Source: Tubulanus polymorphus
Taxonomy: Eukaryota; Animalia; Nemertea
Assembly: GCF_964204645.1 (NCBI RefSeq)
Contig: NC_134032.1
Span: 11,582,275 to 11,646,274, forward strand
Direction: 5' to 3'
Length of the DNA: 64,000 nucleotides
Shown: piece by piece, positions 13,005-26,306 of the stretch
Numbering within the stretch: the stretch's first letter is position 1
How the letters are laid out: every line of letters starts with the position of its first letter
Notes under the pieces: model-generated
The model's database searches: none
Told to the model about the DNA's origin: nothing
What the model saw: the letters and a program-made list of their open reading frames with translations, nothing else
Program-made: the position numbers and the translations under genes

Positions 13005-14312
13005 GTAGGTGTTAACAGTGATTTTATCTATTCACTCATTTTAAAAACTACATTTTTTCAAAAAGCAAACGTCTAAGTTGGCCATCAGTCCAATTTTGTC
13101 GTGTGTTAATAAAATTCTGAATTTTGGAGGTTTTTCAAGTTTTTGGTGCTGAAAAGTATGAGTTATATTCCATTTTGATATTTGAAAAAGAAAAAATATC
13201 CAATGATTATTCGTCATTGCAGTTCTTATTTTTGCGGATCTCTGGTTTTTGTAGCTCGTCCCATGCGGTTTACGAGTTCTACAAAATTTGATTTAATAAA
13301 CCAATCATGAATATATTAGAGAAATAGGTATCTTTTCATCAGAGTTATGGCCATATCAAACAATTTTGGCAGCCTGAAATTTAATTTTCTTGCACGCATA
13401 GTTGCTCAGTACTAAAATCGTAAATATTTTTCAAAGCTGGGACAACATTCAATATTCTAGCATTAAAAAAGAAAATTTATTAATTTGGTTACAAAGTCAA
13501 TCATAGTTAATCAGTTTAACCAATAATGTACAGGATTTTTAACAGGACTTTCATTCGGAACTGGGTGGCAGATAAAAGTCGCTTGCCAATTTTGGTTTCT
13601 GAGAAAAGTTTTTTTTTGGCGTACCGGTACTGGTGTAACAGTCGTGACTCAATATCAGATGCAACGATTTGATTCTTGAAGCTCATAAACCCGAGAGCTT
13701 TGATCATGAGTCCTGCAGTGGAGCTGGGTCCACAATTGTTTTTATTTCAGGCGACTCATGGCACTGTGGTTATAACCTGGCTATCCATTATATGTTTCAT
13801 CGATGTTGGTTGCAATTTTTTGGTCTAGTTGATGGGTTTTTTCAAGGATGAGGAATATCTCTCTTTCTCACCCTGTAGGTCCATGGTCAGGGTCCCAGAT
13901 GGCCATTTTGTATTTTTCATTTGTTGGCTACAACTTACGAATAAAGGGCTGAATTCAAACCCAAGAACATGTCTATGACATACTTTTGAGCCCAAATGTA
14001 CTTTATCAGTTTTGGACAAGGAAGTTTTTTTTATCAAAACGCTTTTCTGTAAAGATTTTTTCTGATCAGTGTTTAGTCAGGAGCAATCTGGTGTTACGCA
14101 TGTATAAGATTTACATAATATCAAAAATACATGTATTTTTGATAATATTGAAAACCATGATTTTTATATGTATTTTCTTCGTTGTTTTCTAAGGCGGAAG
14201 ATTGACTGTGATAGAGTCTATTTCTGCATAGAACAGTTCATATGAATGAGGATGTTTAATTCGGTAATCATCAGATGAAAATTAAAATCTTGATTCTGGT
14301 GGCTACTTGCAG

Positions 14313-14859
14313 GTTTTGTGATCGGACCGGCGCGGCATGTCGAAAAGGACCGTGAGATTGAAAACGAGCAGAATTTGTCAGGGATGGTGATGTCAGTTCC
14401 TCCGGAAACAGTAGATCACAATGTACATCGAAAACACCAGTGCAGTTTTTGCGAAAAGCGGTTTTTTTCATTCAGAGATTTAAATCGGAACTTATTCACA
14501 CCGGCGAAAAACCGTTTAAATGTCCGATATGCGAGCAACTTTTTAAAGATAAATCAGACTATCAACGGCACATGAAATGGGTTCATATCTACCCGTGTGT
14601 TAGACCGTTTAAATGTCGGTATTGCCAAAATGGGTTTAAATCTCCTGGAGAACTTGGACAACACGAACGAATTCACACCGGTGAAAAGCCGTATAAATGT
14701 CCGATGTGCGCGCTACGTTTCAATTGGAAATTACACCGTAATTTGCACGTGGAAGCGGTTCATAACAATAAAAAACCGTTAAAATGTCCGATATGCGAGA
14801 AATGTTTCAATCAGAAACATCACTATAGAAATCACATGAAACGCGTTCATAACGCCTGA
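14313..14859 (+). pseudogene. Variable terminal ZnF exon (5 fingers) with a 4-nt deletion in finger 1
   Basis: Acceptor gattctggtggctacttgcag|GT TTT GTG, phase 1; aatcgg-aactt lacks cacg near 14488. Confidence 0.75.
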
Positions 14860-15301
14860 ATATCAAAAAGGAGTTTCGTCTCGTAAGATGTTAGGAGGAA
14901 TTTCCATAATACTTCTTTTCTGTACAAAGATAATTGAGATATTGTTGATGATGGGACTTAAAAACAGAATTTGAGAGTACATGTACATGTAATATCATAT
15001 TTTCTTAAAAGTTATGCAATGTTCCATGAAATACGTTCAATTTTTGAAAGTTTTTCCTTAGATTTGTTTAGAAGCAATACGTTTATGTTACCGGAGAGAT
15101 GTTCACGTATATGATATAAGACGTGTTTAATAAATGAGATTTAAAAAAAACAAGCTTTTATTTGTGTGTTTGTCTTTGTCGTTCCCTGGAATACTGACTG
15201 TGACTGAGCTTTCAAGTCTTGAACAGGTCACACGCGCCTGCCATGCTCTTCTATAATCATAAAGAAGAAACTAGAGAATGGATTCTGATGGCTAGTTGCG
15301 G

Positions 15302-15390
15302 GTTTCGGACCGGTGTGGCATCTCGAATTGGACAGTTACTGTCGGATTGGAATCGAGCTGAATTTTTCTGGTATGGCGACTTCGGTTGAT
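15302..15390 (+). pseudogene. Truncated variable exon relic with mutated acceptor
   Basis: gattctgatggctagttgcgg (AG>GG) followed by ggaccggtgtggcatctc, as in exon 2749. Confidence 0.65.
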
Positions 15391-16388
15391 AGCATCGAGA
15401 CCTCTAACCGGCGGGGTACGAATCCTTGCCACACTAGCCCGTTACACGCGCAGATGCCATTATCAGCATATCAAAAATCCCGTTTATTTTAGTCATGGAA
15501 TTTCCAGTTATAGTTTACCCGTGAAATTTGTCTCGGCGATTATACAACGAGCATTCTAATTGGCTGCTGCCGAGGGATGATGTCTATGTCTATTGAACAC
15601 TTCATATGGCCAATGGATGGGAAAGAGTTTTTCCAAAATAATTCACCGCACAGAACTCCCGATCTACCGCCCACAGGTGCAGAACGATTTTGGCGCGGTA
15701 TAGAGAGTATGGCGGTATATTGGGGTGTACCATTTAAATGCGTGAAACTTCATAACAGCTGTTACTAATTTTGTCTTTTGTCTGAGTTATTTATTGCTTA
15801 AAATCCTCAGGGTTCAAGTAATTTCGCGCCAAAGTGGTTCTGGAGCAGTGTGCGTTGGTCTGTCGGCAACAGCTGAAGTATTCTTTGAACATGTTATTAC
15901 CATAACGCGGTTAAACTATGCAATGAATCGCGAGATCGAAAAGTCTTCTGAAATTATCAAAACGCTAAAATTGATTAGAAATCCAAATTTTCGGTCTTTC
16001 ACTAAAAAGCATAATCGAGAATAACTCAGTACTGGTACAAAATCTCACATGTCACAGTATATATGATTCGTAATTGTGGGAAATATATTTTTACGTGTAA
16101 TTACCATGTTTTGACCATATGTATACTCTTAGTGTAGATGCGTCGCAGAAAGTAGAACATGTGCGACTCATTGCGACCGAGGTTGCTGGCAGTCGCAACC
16201 CGTCGCTGGCAGTCGCAAGGTAGCTTAAGTCGGCGGGTCGTTGTGACGTGATCGTCGCTGGCGGTCGCAGTGAGTCGCAAGCCGACGCCGCAAGGCCGAC
16301 CTACGCCCGCCTTTAGTTATCCTGCTGAAATAGTAAAGACTTATTCTACGGACGGTCCAAGTTACAACGCAGCCCACACATAGAATAG

Positions 16389-16466
16389 AATGGTCGCCGC
16401 GGTTTCAAGTGCAGGACGAAATCAATTTAAACACAAGAGCAACTCTTGACTGCTGGGAAATCAGAT
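16389..16466 (+). pseudogene. Relic of the 5' end of the 8047-type variable exon
   Basis: aatggtcgccgcggtttcaagtgcagga..acaagagcaactct nearly identical to 8053-8125. Confidence 0.7.
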
Positions 16467-16890
16467 TTGTTGTTTCGGTATCGGTTTCAAGAATTGTTCC
16501 GATTGCAAAAACCTCAGGCGGTGTCCGGCCCGCAACCAGTTGTGTTAGATTTTGCCCGTTTAGTGCTGCCCGTGAATACAACATTAGCGGTAAACACCCG
16601 AACTAACTCAAATACACACAATCTTTACTGTGGCATGCGAGTAATCAATTAGTTCGGACATTCGCCGTCAACGATATGTATAGGGGCAGCACTTGACGGT
16701 TACGATGCGCACAAGTTGCCCGCCATGATGCGAAACTTCTGATGATAGTTTGCAAGTTTGCTTTCCTCTGGATTTGTAACCGAGAAACGTCGAACAAGTG
16801 ATTGAATCATCTTGAATCTCGGTTCAGCGCTATTTTACGCATAATAAAGCTTTTGACTCGGTATGTCTGTATTCTGACTGCGAGGGAAAC

Positions 16891-16997
16891 CACAGGGGCT
16901 TATCACAATAAATAGTTTGATTGATGGAGTATGATGATAAATGATCAGATGTCGATGGTATCATCCATCCTCCATCAAATTGTGACAAGCCCCTGTG
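16891..16997. mobile_element. CACAGGG-terminal MITE with a 14-bp flanking duplication
   Basis: TIR cacaggggcttatcacaat / attgtgacaagcccctgtg; flanks actgcgagggaaac / actgtgagggaaac. Confidence 0.75.
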
Positions 16998-17389
16998 ACT
17001 GTGAGGGAAACTCCTTTAAACACGGCTAATTTTTCTTCATTCCATAGTATCCATAGTAGATCATGTAGATAGCGGATGAGTTATTCTGCCGGCGTAAGTT
17101 ACTCTCTGTCTGGCCCTGATTAACACCACAGATCCACCTCACACACAGGAGCCTAGCTAGCAATCCCAATAACCCACGGTCCTGAGTTTTGCCTCTTCAT
17201 AAAACCTCGTTTTCTCCTCGAAGCTTGCCGCCTACGCCGACCTGAGCGGCAACCAACAAAAAAAAATCATGGCCTGTTTAGACTAAAAATGAAGCTGAAG
17301 GAGGAAGTGTAGGTTGAACGGGCTAGTATAGAGCCCAACGCACACGCCACCGAAAAAACATTTTTTCCTCGTAAAAAAAAGTTTCCATG

Positions 17390-18652
17390 TTTTTAGCCCA
17401 CTTGGGACTTTAGTCCCAGCGGGCTATTGCGTTCACTTTTCGTCCGTCTGTTCGTCTGTCCGTAGATGGAATCCAGTTATTTTGGGAAGTTTTGAAGACA
17501 CTTCAAGGTAATGTCTTGATATTTGGGTTACACATGTATCTACCCTAGACATATCTTCAGCCCAAAAACTGGCCCTGTCAGAATCAAGATGGCCGACTGG
17601 CAGCCATTGTTGTTCAACAAAATCTGCACTTTTTACACATTTTTGAACTTTTTGAGGGACATTTTGAAGACGCTTTGATCAATTACCTTGATCTTTCGGA
17701 TATATGTGAACCCCCCCAGGGCCCATCAACATAACAAAAATTGGGTCGGTCGGACTCAAGATGGCCGTCCTATGACCTTTTTAGTGCCCAAAAATGTTAA
17801 TTTTGGCCCAAATTCTGAGTCCTGTAGCTTCCTACTGGTTTGCCATTTCTCATTGCAATTTGTGATGGGTATTCTTTGGAAAGGGATGTTTTATACCTGA
17901 GACAGGTATTTTTCATCAGCCATTTATGACGCAATTGGCGGCCATCTTGGTGTCAGCAGTACTCATTCGTAAGTGGGAAAAAGTTTTTCCACATTATATT
18001 GATACCTAAGCGTATTTTGCTACCACAATCAATAAGAAAGTTGTAGCTCATAACGTGTTCTATGATTGTGGTGAGTTTCAAGGTAATAGGATTTCGTATG
18101 TGGCCAACAGGGGGCGTTGAATTATACAATATCTTAGCATTTCTTTATTATATTCGTATCAATGCATATTTTGTAACCACAATCAAAAGTTGTAGCTCAT
18201 GACATCATCTATGATTGTTGCGAGTTTTAAGGACATAAGTTTTTCTATATGGTCACCAGGGGGCGTTGAATAGTAGAATAACTTAGTATTTCCTTATTAT
18301 ATTGGTACCTAGGCATATTTTGTTACCATGATCAATTGCAAAGTTGTAGTTCGTGACATATTCTATGATTGTGGTGAGTTTTGAGGTCATTGGGTTTTGA
18401 ATATGGTCACCAGGGGGCGTTGAATAGTAGAATGGCTTAGTATTTCCATATTAAATTGGTAACGAGGCATATTTTGTTATCACAATCAATTACAAAATCG
18501 TAGCTGCTAACATGTTCTATGATTGTGGTGAGTTTCAAGGTCATTGGATTCTGTATATGGTCACCAGGGGGCGTTGAATATTGAAATTGTTAGATTGTTG
18601 AGCATTTGAAACCACTTCCCAAGTGGGCATGGTGTCCCTGGACCCCCTAGTT
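17390..18652 (+). mobile_element. Helentron-associated (HINE/DINE-1-like) non-autonomous element with internal ~154-bp tandem repeats
   Basis: Starts tttttagcccacttggga, subterminal inverted copy tcccaagtgggc, (gtcc/gtct)n microsatellite, short 3' stem-loop, ends ctagtt; partial copy near 51285-51390. Confidence 0.7.
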
Positions 18653-19032
18653 TGTTATGCCGTGTGCGGGGGAGGCAAAACACAAAAGCCAAACTGAAAA
18701 AACATTTGCATTGGGCTTAACCAAGGGTTGGAATCAAAATTAAACAAAATAGTCCTAGCGGTCTTTCAGCAGTCCTTCAAATTTAGTGTCCAGAGGCTTA
18801 GCGTCAGGTTTATTAGATTTAAAGTTAAGGGTTAAGTTATGCATCATTCATGATAGGGTGCTATAAAGTGAAAAAAGTATGGCGCAAAAGAAGCAGGTTG
18901 GCTCAGGTGGTAACTACGCTTGCATGTTCTAGCCCCATAATGGATTATGCACCCGAGTGCGAGAGATTTTAGAACTTCAAAAAGCTTAACTCAATTCTTT
19001 CAATTTTCAGAAGTAAGAGAAGTGATGTCAAA

Positions 19033-19180
19033 ATGTTGCTGTTGGAAGGTGTCGAGGTGCACGTACGCGAGGATGCATTTAAAAGTTGTCTGCGTCGACA
19101 CATGGATTGGTTAGATGAATTAGTTATTGATGCTGATGATAATACCTGGTTTAGATGGATGTCTCAACGTCAAACTAAAG
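19033..19180 (+). CDS. Constant exon A, unit 2 (exon starts 19011)
   Basis: Same 49-aa peptide; donor aaaG|gtttgt, phase 1. Confidence 0.88.
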
Positions 19181-19469
19181 GTTTGTCTTTAGGAACAAGA
19201 CCTCAAATTCAACAATTTTGGTCGTAAAGGGAAATGGTAGGATGGAAGGGGTTAAATTATGAGGCAGGGCTACTGGGTTACTAAACCAGGTGAACTCTTG
19301 AATAAATGTGGGATGAAAATTGGCTAAATCTTGCATATTAACTAATGAAATTATACCTTCTGAAACCATAGAACTGAATGATTAAGGACTTAAAGATGTA
19401 AACTAGGTTGAATTAGTCTAAATACTGATAAGTTCCCTTAAGACATTTTGTTATCTATTGTGTTTGCAG

Positions 19470-20477
19470 ATCAGAGCCTTCAAACTCATCAAATGTCCGG
19501 AGATGGAAGCGAAACGCTCGATGCCAATCAACCAAAAACGGGACAAAAAAGACGATTTGAAGTTCAAAGCCGAACAAGAACTGTCGCTCAGAACGTTTTA
19601 AAAGCTGTGAAATGTGGCAGAAGAGGTGCAGCTGTACCGGGGGCGTTACCGCAGCAACGAGTTCAACAATCGCAAACAGTGACGGCCGGCAGTAGTAATT
19701 TTAATACTCAGTTTCAACAACAGAGGACGCCATCACGTACTAGACAATTAACGCGTGTCAAACCAGCTCCATCTGGTGGTGAATCACCCAGAATATTGTT
19801 ACAATCGGAAATCAACTTGAAACCATCGGTTACCAACGTCGTATCGCAGCAACAATTGAATGAATCGGAGAATGTTGTGTCATCCATAGCAACAGCTCCG
19901 GTCAGCTCAGAATCAGCGGAAACCGTCAATTTCACGGTTCTAGATTCAAACGGTTGTGAAATTTTATCAAGCGTTGATATTGAATCAACTTTAGAAAGTA
20001 TTAAGAATGCAGAGGAGGAATCGGATGATTCTATGATTCCGGATGATTCAAACGATGCAGCATCGACGAATAAAAATGAAACTAACGTCGAACAGCCGAG
20101 TGGAAGTGGATTATCGACACCCCCGCTCCCGGCAGTATCCAGCTGCGATTACAAGTTAGAACAATTAGAATCGATCGTAAGTTCATCTCCGTCGTTTGAA
20201 CAATTTGAACTATTTAGTGGCGCCGCCAATCCCGAAAAAGTGGAACTAAAATACAGTGAACAATTAACTGATACGAATGCCGCTGATATCAATACGCTTC
20301 CGGTCCAACAATCACATCATCACCAAGGTTATGGCAGCATTAAAAATGAACCAATGAAAATAGAACCGGTTGAAATATCGTCAGGAAGCGACAATGACGA
20401 AGATTATTCAACTCAACAGATCGTACAACAACAACATGATCCACAACCGGGAACAAGTGGAGCTTTTGATCAGTCAG
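19470..20477 (+). CDS. Constant exon B, unit 2, intact S/Q/E-rich linker
   Basis: tttgcag|AT CAG ... tcaG|gtaggt, phase 1-1, open throughout. Confidence 0.88.
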
Positions 20478-21166
20478 GTAGGTGTTAACAGTGATATTAT
20501 CTACTCACTTGACTAGTTTTAAAAACCACATTTGTTCAAAAAGCAAGCATCTCGATTAGTTTGCCATCAATCCAGTTTTACTTTGAAAGTTGTTTGCATT
20601 TTTTTGGCGAGTTGAATTTCTTTTTGATTTTGAAAAAATATCCATCAATTGTTTGACATTACAAGTTGTTTTTAATTTTTGTGGATCTGTGGTTTTTAGA
20701 AGTTCGTCTAGCAGCAGGCAGTAAACAAGATTTAAATTGAATAGATAATTTTGTAATTTTTCATCAGTGTTTTTGTTCGTTGTCAATCAATTTTGGCTGC
20801 CTGATTATTAATACTTCAGTCAAAATTGTAAATTGAAACCTTTTTAAATTGAAAAACTAGGCCAAAAAATGTTTTTCAAAGCTGGGACCACTAATGTTTT
20901 TATTTCAGGCAACCTTTTAAGTAACTGTATTTATGTTACATGACTATCCTTATATTTGACTCCTGCTGCAAATAACTGGTCTAATTGATGGGTTTTTCGA
21001 AGGATTTGGAATATCCTCTTTTTCTCATCAAACTTTTTGTTCAGGTTTTATCCGCTTGAAAGTGTCCCTTGTTCGTGTCTTTGAGGCATTTTTCTGCCTC
21101 CCCCTTTCGCACGAAACGTCATTATTTGAACGCTCGCGTATCATCGGTTCTCATGGCTCTTTGCAG

Positions 21167-21430
21167 GTGGCGCTTTCACCGATAAGCCATGGGAACCGAC
21201 CGCTTCCAGAATGCGGTGGCCGATCATCAACCGTAAAAATACCGCGTCACAACAAAAAGCCAAGTGGATCGGGAAATATCACCTTGCATTCGGTACTGCA
21301 AAAGTAGCTCGGCCTAGTGGCAAATCCAAAAAATATAAATGTCGGTTTTGGGAGATACATTTTTAAGGATTCATCGCTTGCACACCGGTGAACGCCCGTT
21401 TAAATGTCTGATGTGCAAGTTGAGATTCAC
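21167..21430 (+). pseudogene. Variable exon with a destroyed first finger (stop 21366)
   Basis: Acceptor ggttctcatggctctttgcag|GT GGC, phase 1, reads ..PWEP..KYKCRFWEIHF*; HTGERPFKC remnant follows. Confidence 0.7.
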
Positions 21431-21534
21431 GAAATTATTCTCCTCAAACGAAAAGGATTGATTGTCATGAGACTCGGATGCCATCTATTAATCATTACTG
21501 AAATTATAACGAAGGCTCTCGTGGCTCTTTACAG

Positions 21535-21947
21535 ATAGCCGGGTCTCCGCATCACCTCCATGGGAACCGCTGCAATATGAAGGAGTTACAATCGAAGGGA
21601 GTCTTTCTCGTAGCAACGGCTTCAGGTCTAAGTCTCAGTCGAAACCGATGACTGGTGGCGCCACCGGTGGTGATAGTATGAAATATAAATGTCAGCTTTG
21701 CCGTAAGGGATTTATTCGACCGTCAGATCGTACGCAACACGAGCGAATTCACATCGGTTACAAACCGTTTAAATGTCCTACATGCGAACGAGGATTCAAG
21801 CGGAAAGCTCACTGTGACCTGCACATCAAACGCATTCATACCAACGACAGACCGTTTAAATGTCAGTTTTGCGAAAAAGCGTACGCTTCAATCGGAGAAA
21901 AAAACCAACACGTGCGAATACACGCTGGTGGCGAAACGCTGTTCTAA
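21535..21947 (+). CDS. Variable terminal exon, 3 fingers (a 4th finger is cut off by a K>stop change)
   Basis: Acceptor ctctttacag|AT AGC, phase 1, in frame with ORF 21648; CPTC..HMARVH continues after the taa. Confidence 0.8.
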
Positions 21948-22115
21948 TGTCCGACGTGCGGGAAATGTTTCAATAAGAAAGGAAACTGTAAATCGCACAT
22001 GGCACGCGTTCATACTGATAAAAATACGTTTAAATGTTAAGCCTAGTCTACATCGACACTCGATTGGAGACAACTAGTTGCCGGGCAGTTGTCGGCGCAT
22101 GAGAGGAACTAGCTG

Positions 22116-22223
22116 GACTCAGTTCCACAGTCGTGAGTTAGAGTTAACTTGGAGTTAAAGTAAGTTCATTTTCAATGAGTTAACCCAGAGTCAAATCTTA
22201 ACTCAGAACTGTGGAACTGGGCC
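22116..22223. mobile_element. 108-bp PIF/Harbinger-like MITE
   Basis: TIR gactcagttccacag / ctgtggaactgggcc; TSD ctg; empty site ggctggatacaatc in the local duplicate near 22560. Confidence 0.85.
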
Positions 22224-24286
22224 CTGGATACAATCAGTCGCTTGAATTTATCGACGTATGCTGCTAGCTAACGACCAGTTGCAGCCGGATCAAATTGTAA
22301 ATGACTCATGAAACGTTTCATATGTTTCATTTGGTTAAATGGAGATGTTCAGTAATTTCGTAGTTCTGCTTCATAGATGAGTTTTTATGCCCTGGTACCA
22401 AAACTGTGGAGGTATTTTCTGACATATACAAATAAATGATTGACTACAATTAAACTGTAAGTAAGTGGTTATATTTTGGGTTCTTAAAGCCTAGCCTACA
22501 TTGACACTGCGATTGGAGACAACTAGTTGCCGGGCAGTTTTCGGCCCATGAGAGCAACTGGCTGGATACAATCAGTTGCTTGAATTTGTCGATGTTAGCG
22601 AGCTTATGACTGGTTAGCGTCCATCTATCTCCAGTTCCACCCAGTTGCTCATGTTCTATTTTTTGACGCCTTATAAAACGTTACCATTATGAAACCTAAA
22701 CAATGCTAACCATTCAGCGTCATTTTACAAACGACAGCCGTAAATCGATGTGCAAAACGTCACAGGTTTATGTGTACACAAACAAGCTATCTGGCAAAAT
22801 ATTATTGACATAGATGTAGGATGGCTTCCTGTGATTATATAATGACCTATATTTGAACGTCGAAATGTTATATTGCATTGAATATCATTAGAAGACGTAT
22901 TGTAATAGTAAAGGATGTATGATTATATCAGAAGCGGCAGGCATAAATAGAAATGATAAGTAAATCGGATTATTCGGTTAAATGGCGGATGTATACACGA
23001 TGCGGAAGTCTGATATAAAAGTCAGACCCTGACGTGGGCATGCCGGTGGAATGACGAAGCTATCTACGATGTGTGTAGGGCAAGCGTGAATTTCATCAGC
23101 GGCTACAAGCGGTCAATATGAAAATGTGTAAACATATAATTTCAATATTCAAACGTTTTAGAAAATATGTTTGATATTAGGAGTATGCAAGTTTCGTGAA
23201 ATTAGCATTTTATAATAGCATAGCTGTCATATACGGCTCCGTGTCCTCTGATGGCATGTGTATTAGGTGACAATTCAATTCAATTCTTTATTGATCCTTA
23301 TTACATTGAAATTCCGGGATAAAATTCCCAAATTCAATAAATACAAATTTTAAAATAAATTAATACAACATACATGACACATGGGTAATTCATACAGAAC
23401 AACATAAGCATGTTATTTTAAATGACAATGTCTACTTCAACCCACCCAGACTCAAGACTCTAGGATATCGAGTGACAGCCAAACCCGTGGCCCGGGCCGG
23501 CTGGCTAGGCCACACGATATGCTCGAAGTCATGATGAAGCAGACATCAGAAGAGCTCTTTCTTCATCCATGGAGGCAATGAAGTTGCAAACCAGCTTAGA
23601 GGCATAAGTAAATGAAGTCGGTCGCAAGTTCGCAATCTATTATTGAGAATTTTCAATAAAAAAATTTAAACCACTACTAGAGTCGAAGACCTGTATCATC
23701 TACCCAATCGCCAAATCTCATCATTCCCCAAATTTCTTAAAACTTCGATTTCAAATTTGCAATTCCACATTAGCTAAGCCCAGAAATTCTACATTTTTTC
23801 CCCAGGCGTCAAATAATTTTCTAAAATTAATTTTCTTGTTTCGATGTGCGCAAGGTACTCGCTCACTAGCAACTAGTTGTCTCCTGTCGCTTTGTCGTTG
23901 TATGCTTAGCTTTAAGGTTCACGATCAAGGTCCCTGAGAGCCAGTTTTCTTGGCTGTAACTCGCAAATGGCAGTCTGATTCCAAGAACATCTTTCACACT
24001 TATGAGCCGAAATTCATTTCAGTTTTGCAATCGGTAAATGCGTAGGTAGTTTTTACGATGAAAACGCTTTTCGGTAAAGATGAGTTTTTCCGACCAGTGT
24101 TTTGTCAGTAGCAATTTGTTACTCGAGAAAATATATTAAGACATCAGAATCTAAGATTGAGAACCAAGACGGACAATACTGACTATAGAGTTTATCTCTG
24201 CGTAGAGCGATGCGTATTAATCGGGATGCTCAAATTCTGTATGATAAGATGAAAATTAAAATCTAGACTCTGATGGCTATTTGCAG

Positions 24287-24858
24287 GTTTTGAGATCGGA
24301 CCGGCGCGGCATCTCGGAAAGGACGCATACAATCAAATGGGGAATGAGCAGAATATGTCGGGGACGGCGACGTCAGTTCCGGTTCCGGAAACGGTAGATC
24401 ACCAGCGCAGTACTCGCGAAAGACAGTGTTTGGCATCCAAAGATTTAAATTGGCACAATCGACGAATTCACACCGATGAAAAACCGTTCAAACGTCCGAC
24501 GTGTGAGCAACGTTTCAATGACGAATCAAGCTGCAGACGACACAGGAAATCATTTCATATCGATGAAAAACTGTTTAAGTGTCAGTTTTGCGATAAAAGC
24601 TTCGGTACTCGCGCGCAATTTATAAAACACAAGCGAATTCACACCGGCGAAAAACCGTATAAATGTCGTAAGTGCGAGCTACGATTCACGCAGAAAGGGA
24701 ACTGTAAACAGCACATGCTGGCGGTTCATAAGAATGAAAAACTGTTCGAATGTTCGACGTGCGGGCGACGTTTCAATCGAAAATATCACTGTAAACAGCA
24801 TATTGAACGCGTACATAACAACTCAATATCAATATCAAAGAAGACTTTCATTTTGTAA
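24287..24858 (+). CDS. Variable terminal exon, 3 intact and 2 degenerate fingers
   Basis: Acceptor gactctgatggctatttgcag|GT TTT GAG, phase 1, in frame with ORF 24337. Confidence 0.85.
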
Positions 24859-25237
24859 AATAAAGTTAGGGAATAATTCCATGGTACACTTATTTTGCCA
24901 CGAGCGAATTCCCCTCAGTGGGTATAGCACCTAGCCCCCTCCCCTTCCCCATGGTATAAATACCCCCCGGTAAATGCCCAAAAGGGTAAACGCCGGCCCC
25001 AGGTAAAAATCGCCCAAGTTCAGTTCTTCAAACTAAAGTATGAAAACCTAAATGAAAATACCATATTTATTTAGACTGTGATTATGCTTTTCATTGAAAT
25101 TCGTCTTGTGGTGACATATCATTGAAATATCTGTTTTTTGTTGTAATGGAAGCAAATCGTGCAGGTTCCAATGTATTCACAGTATTTTGGAGCCGGTCCA
25201 CAAGAACCTTAGTGTCTTATGTACCAAAGTACACTAG

Positions 25238-25345
25238 GGACCAGTTTTTGAGACTGATATTATCTTTAACCCGGGGATAACTCGATTCATTTTCAATTTA
25301 GGTAACCCCTGGGTTAAAGTTGATACCAGTCTATATAACCGGCGC
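25238..25345. mobile_element. Harbinger-like MITE nested in a short dispersed repeat
   Basis: Homologous to 10874-10982; TSD tag; host repeat aagaaccttagtgtct..ggagatcac recurs uninterrupted near 25850 and 49050. Confidence 0.65.
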
Positions 25346-26186
25346 TAGGATCATAGAGCAGTGGAGATCACTGCGGGAACTACCACTTGCAGTACTGAGT
25401 GAATTCCACTTTTGAATTGAAATCATTACATTTTCAATATTGTTATTTCTCTATATATCAGCTCCTGTATTGTATGGAATATTTAATGCTTCAATTCGAT
25501 GGCTGTAAAATTATCGCAAAAAATTACACGTGTGAATGAATTGTTTCTTCGGTGAAGTTTAGAAAATAAAGCTTTTCTGTTTCATGAATAGTTGATGCGT
25601 TGTTCCATTCATTTTTGGCAGCTGAAATGACGACGTGATTCAAAAAGGTCCCGGCAACATAGTTAGAAAATATATGGTTTTGTCAAATAAACTTTCACTT
25701 TTATTACAACTCGAACCTATGGAAACCCTGAAGTGACGACATCTTGAGTTCATTAGTGAGTTAACAAAATACAAAAAAATTCAACAATGCGGACCCAGCG
25801 GGTACCCAAAAAAATGGTGCCTGGAAACTGTAAAACGGCTTATTCACCAAAAACCTTAGTGTCTAATGTACTACAGACTAAACGGATCGTAGAGCGGAGA
25901 TCACGGCAGGATCAACAACCACTTTCAACAAGACTGAGTCAATTTTGGGATAGATGATTTTATTTTCGCACAGAATTGACGAGACACTATAGTGAACACT
26001 AAACATTGTAATCTGAAATAGGAAGCACATGAAACGAATACCAAATATTTTATCCGACTTTTAAACGGAAACATTTTAATCTATGGAACGGAACATGTAT
26101 TGATTTCAACTTCTTGTAGAATCTCTGATATACCCTAAAATTCGCCATTGAAAATGCTGATGTAGAATTCTCACGACTCTTTGTAG

Positions 26187-26306
26187 ATGTTGGATATGGG
26201 GTAGGCCTACCATATGACTTACTGCCGATTGGTACGCCGAGTCGTCGTCTTCCCGGGAACATCGATGCCCATGAACAATCATGTGAAGGTTCTGATATCG
26301 AACCAG
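26187..26306 (+). CDS. 120-nt symmetric (phase 1-1) internal exon of a two-exon variable cassette; not in the ORF track
   Basis: attctcacgactctttgtag|AT GTT GGA TAT...GAA CCA G|gtaatg; open frame; resembles the 5' end of exon 36351. Confidence 0.7.
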
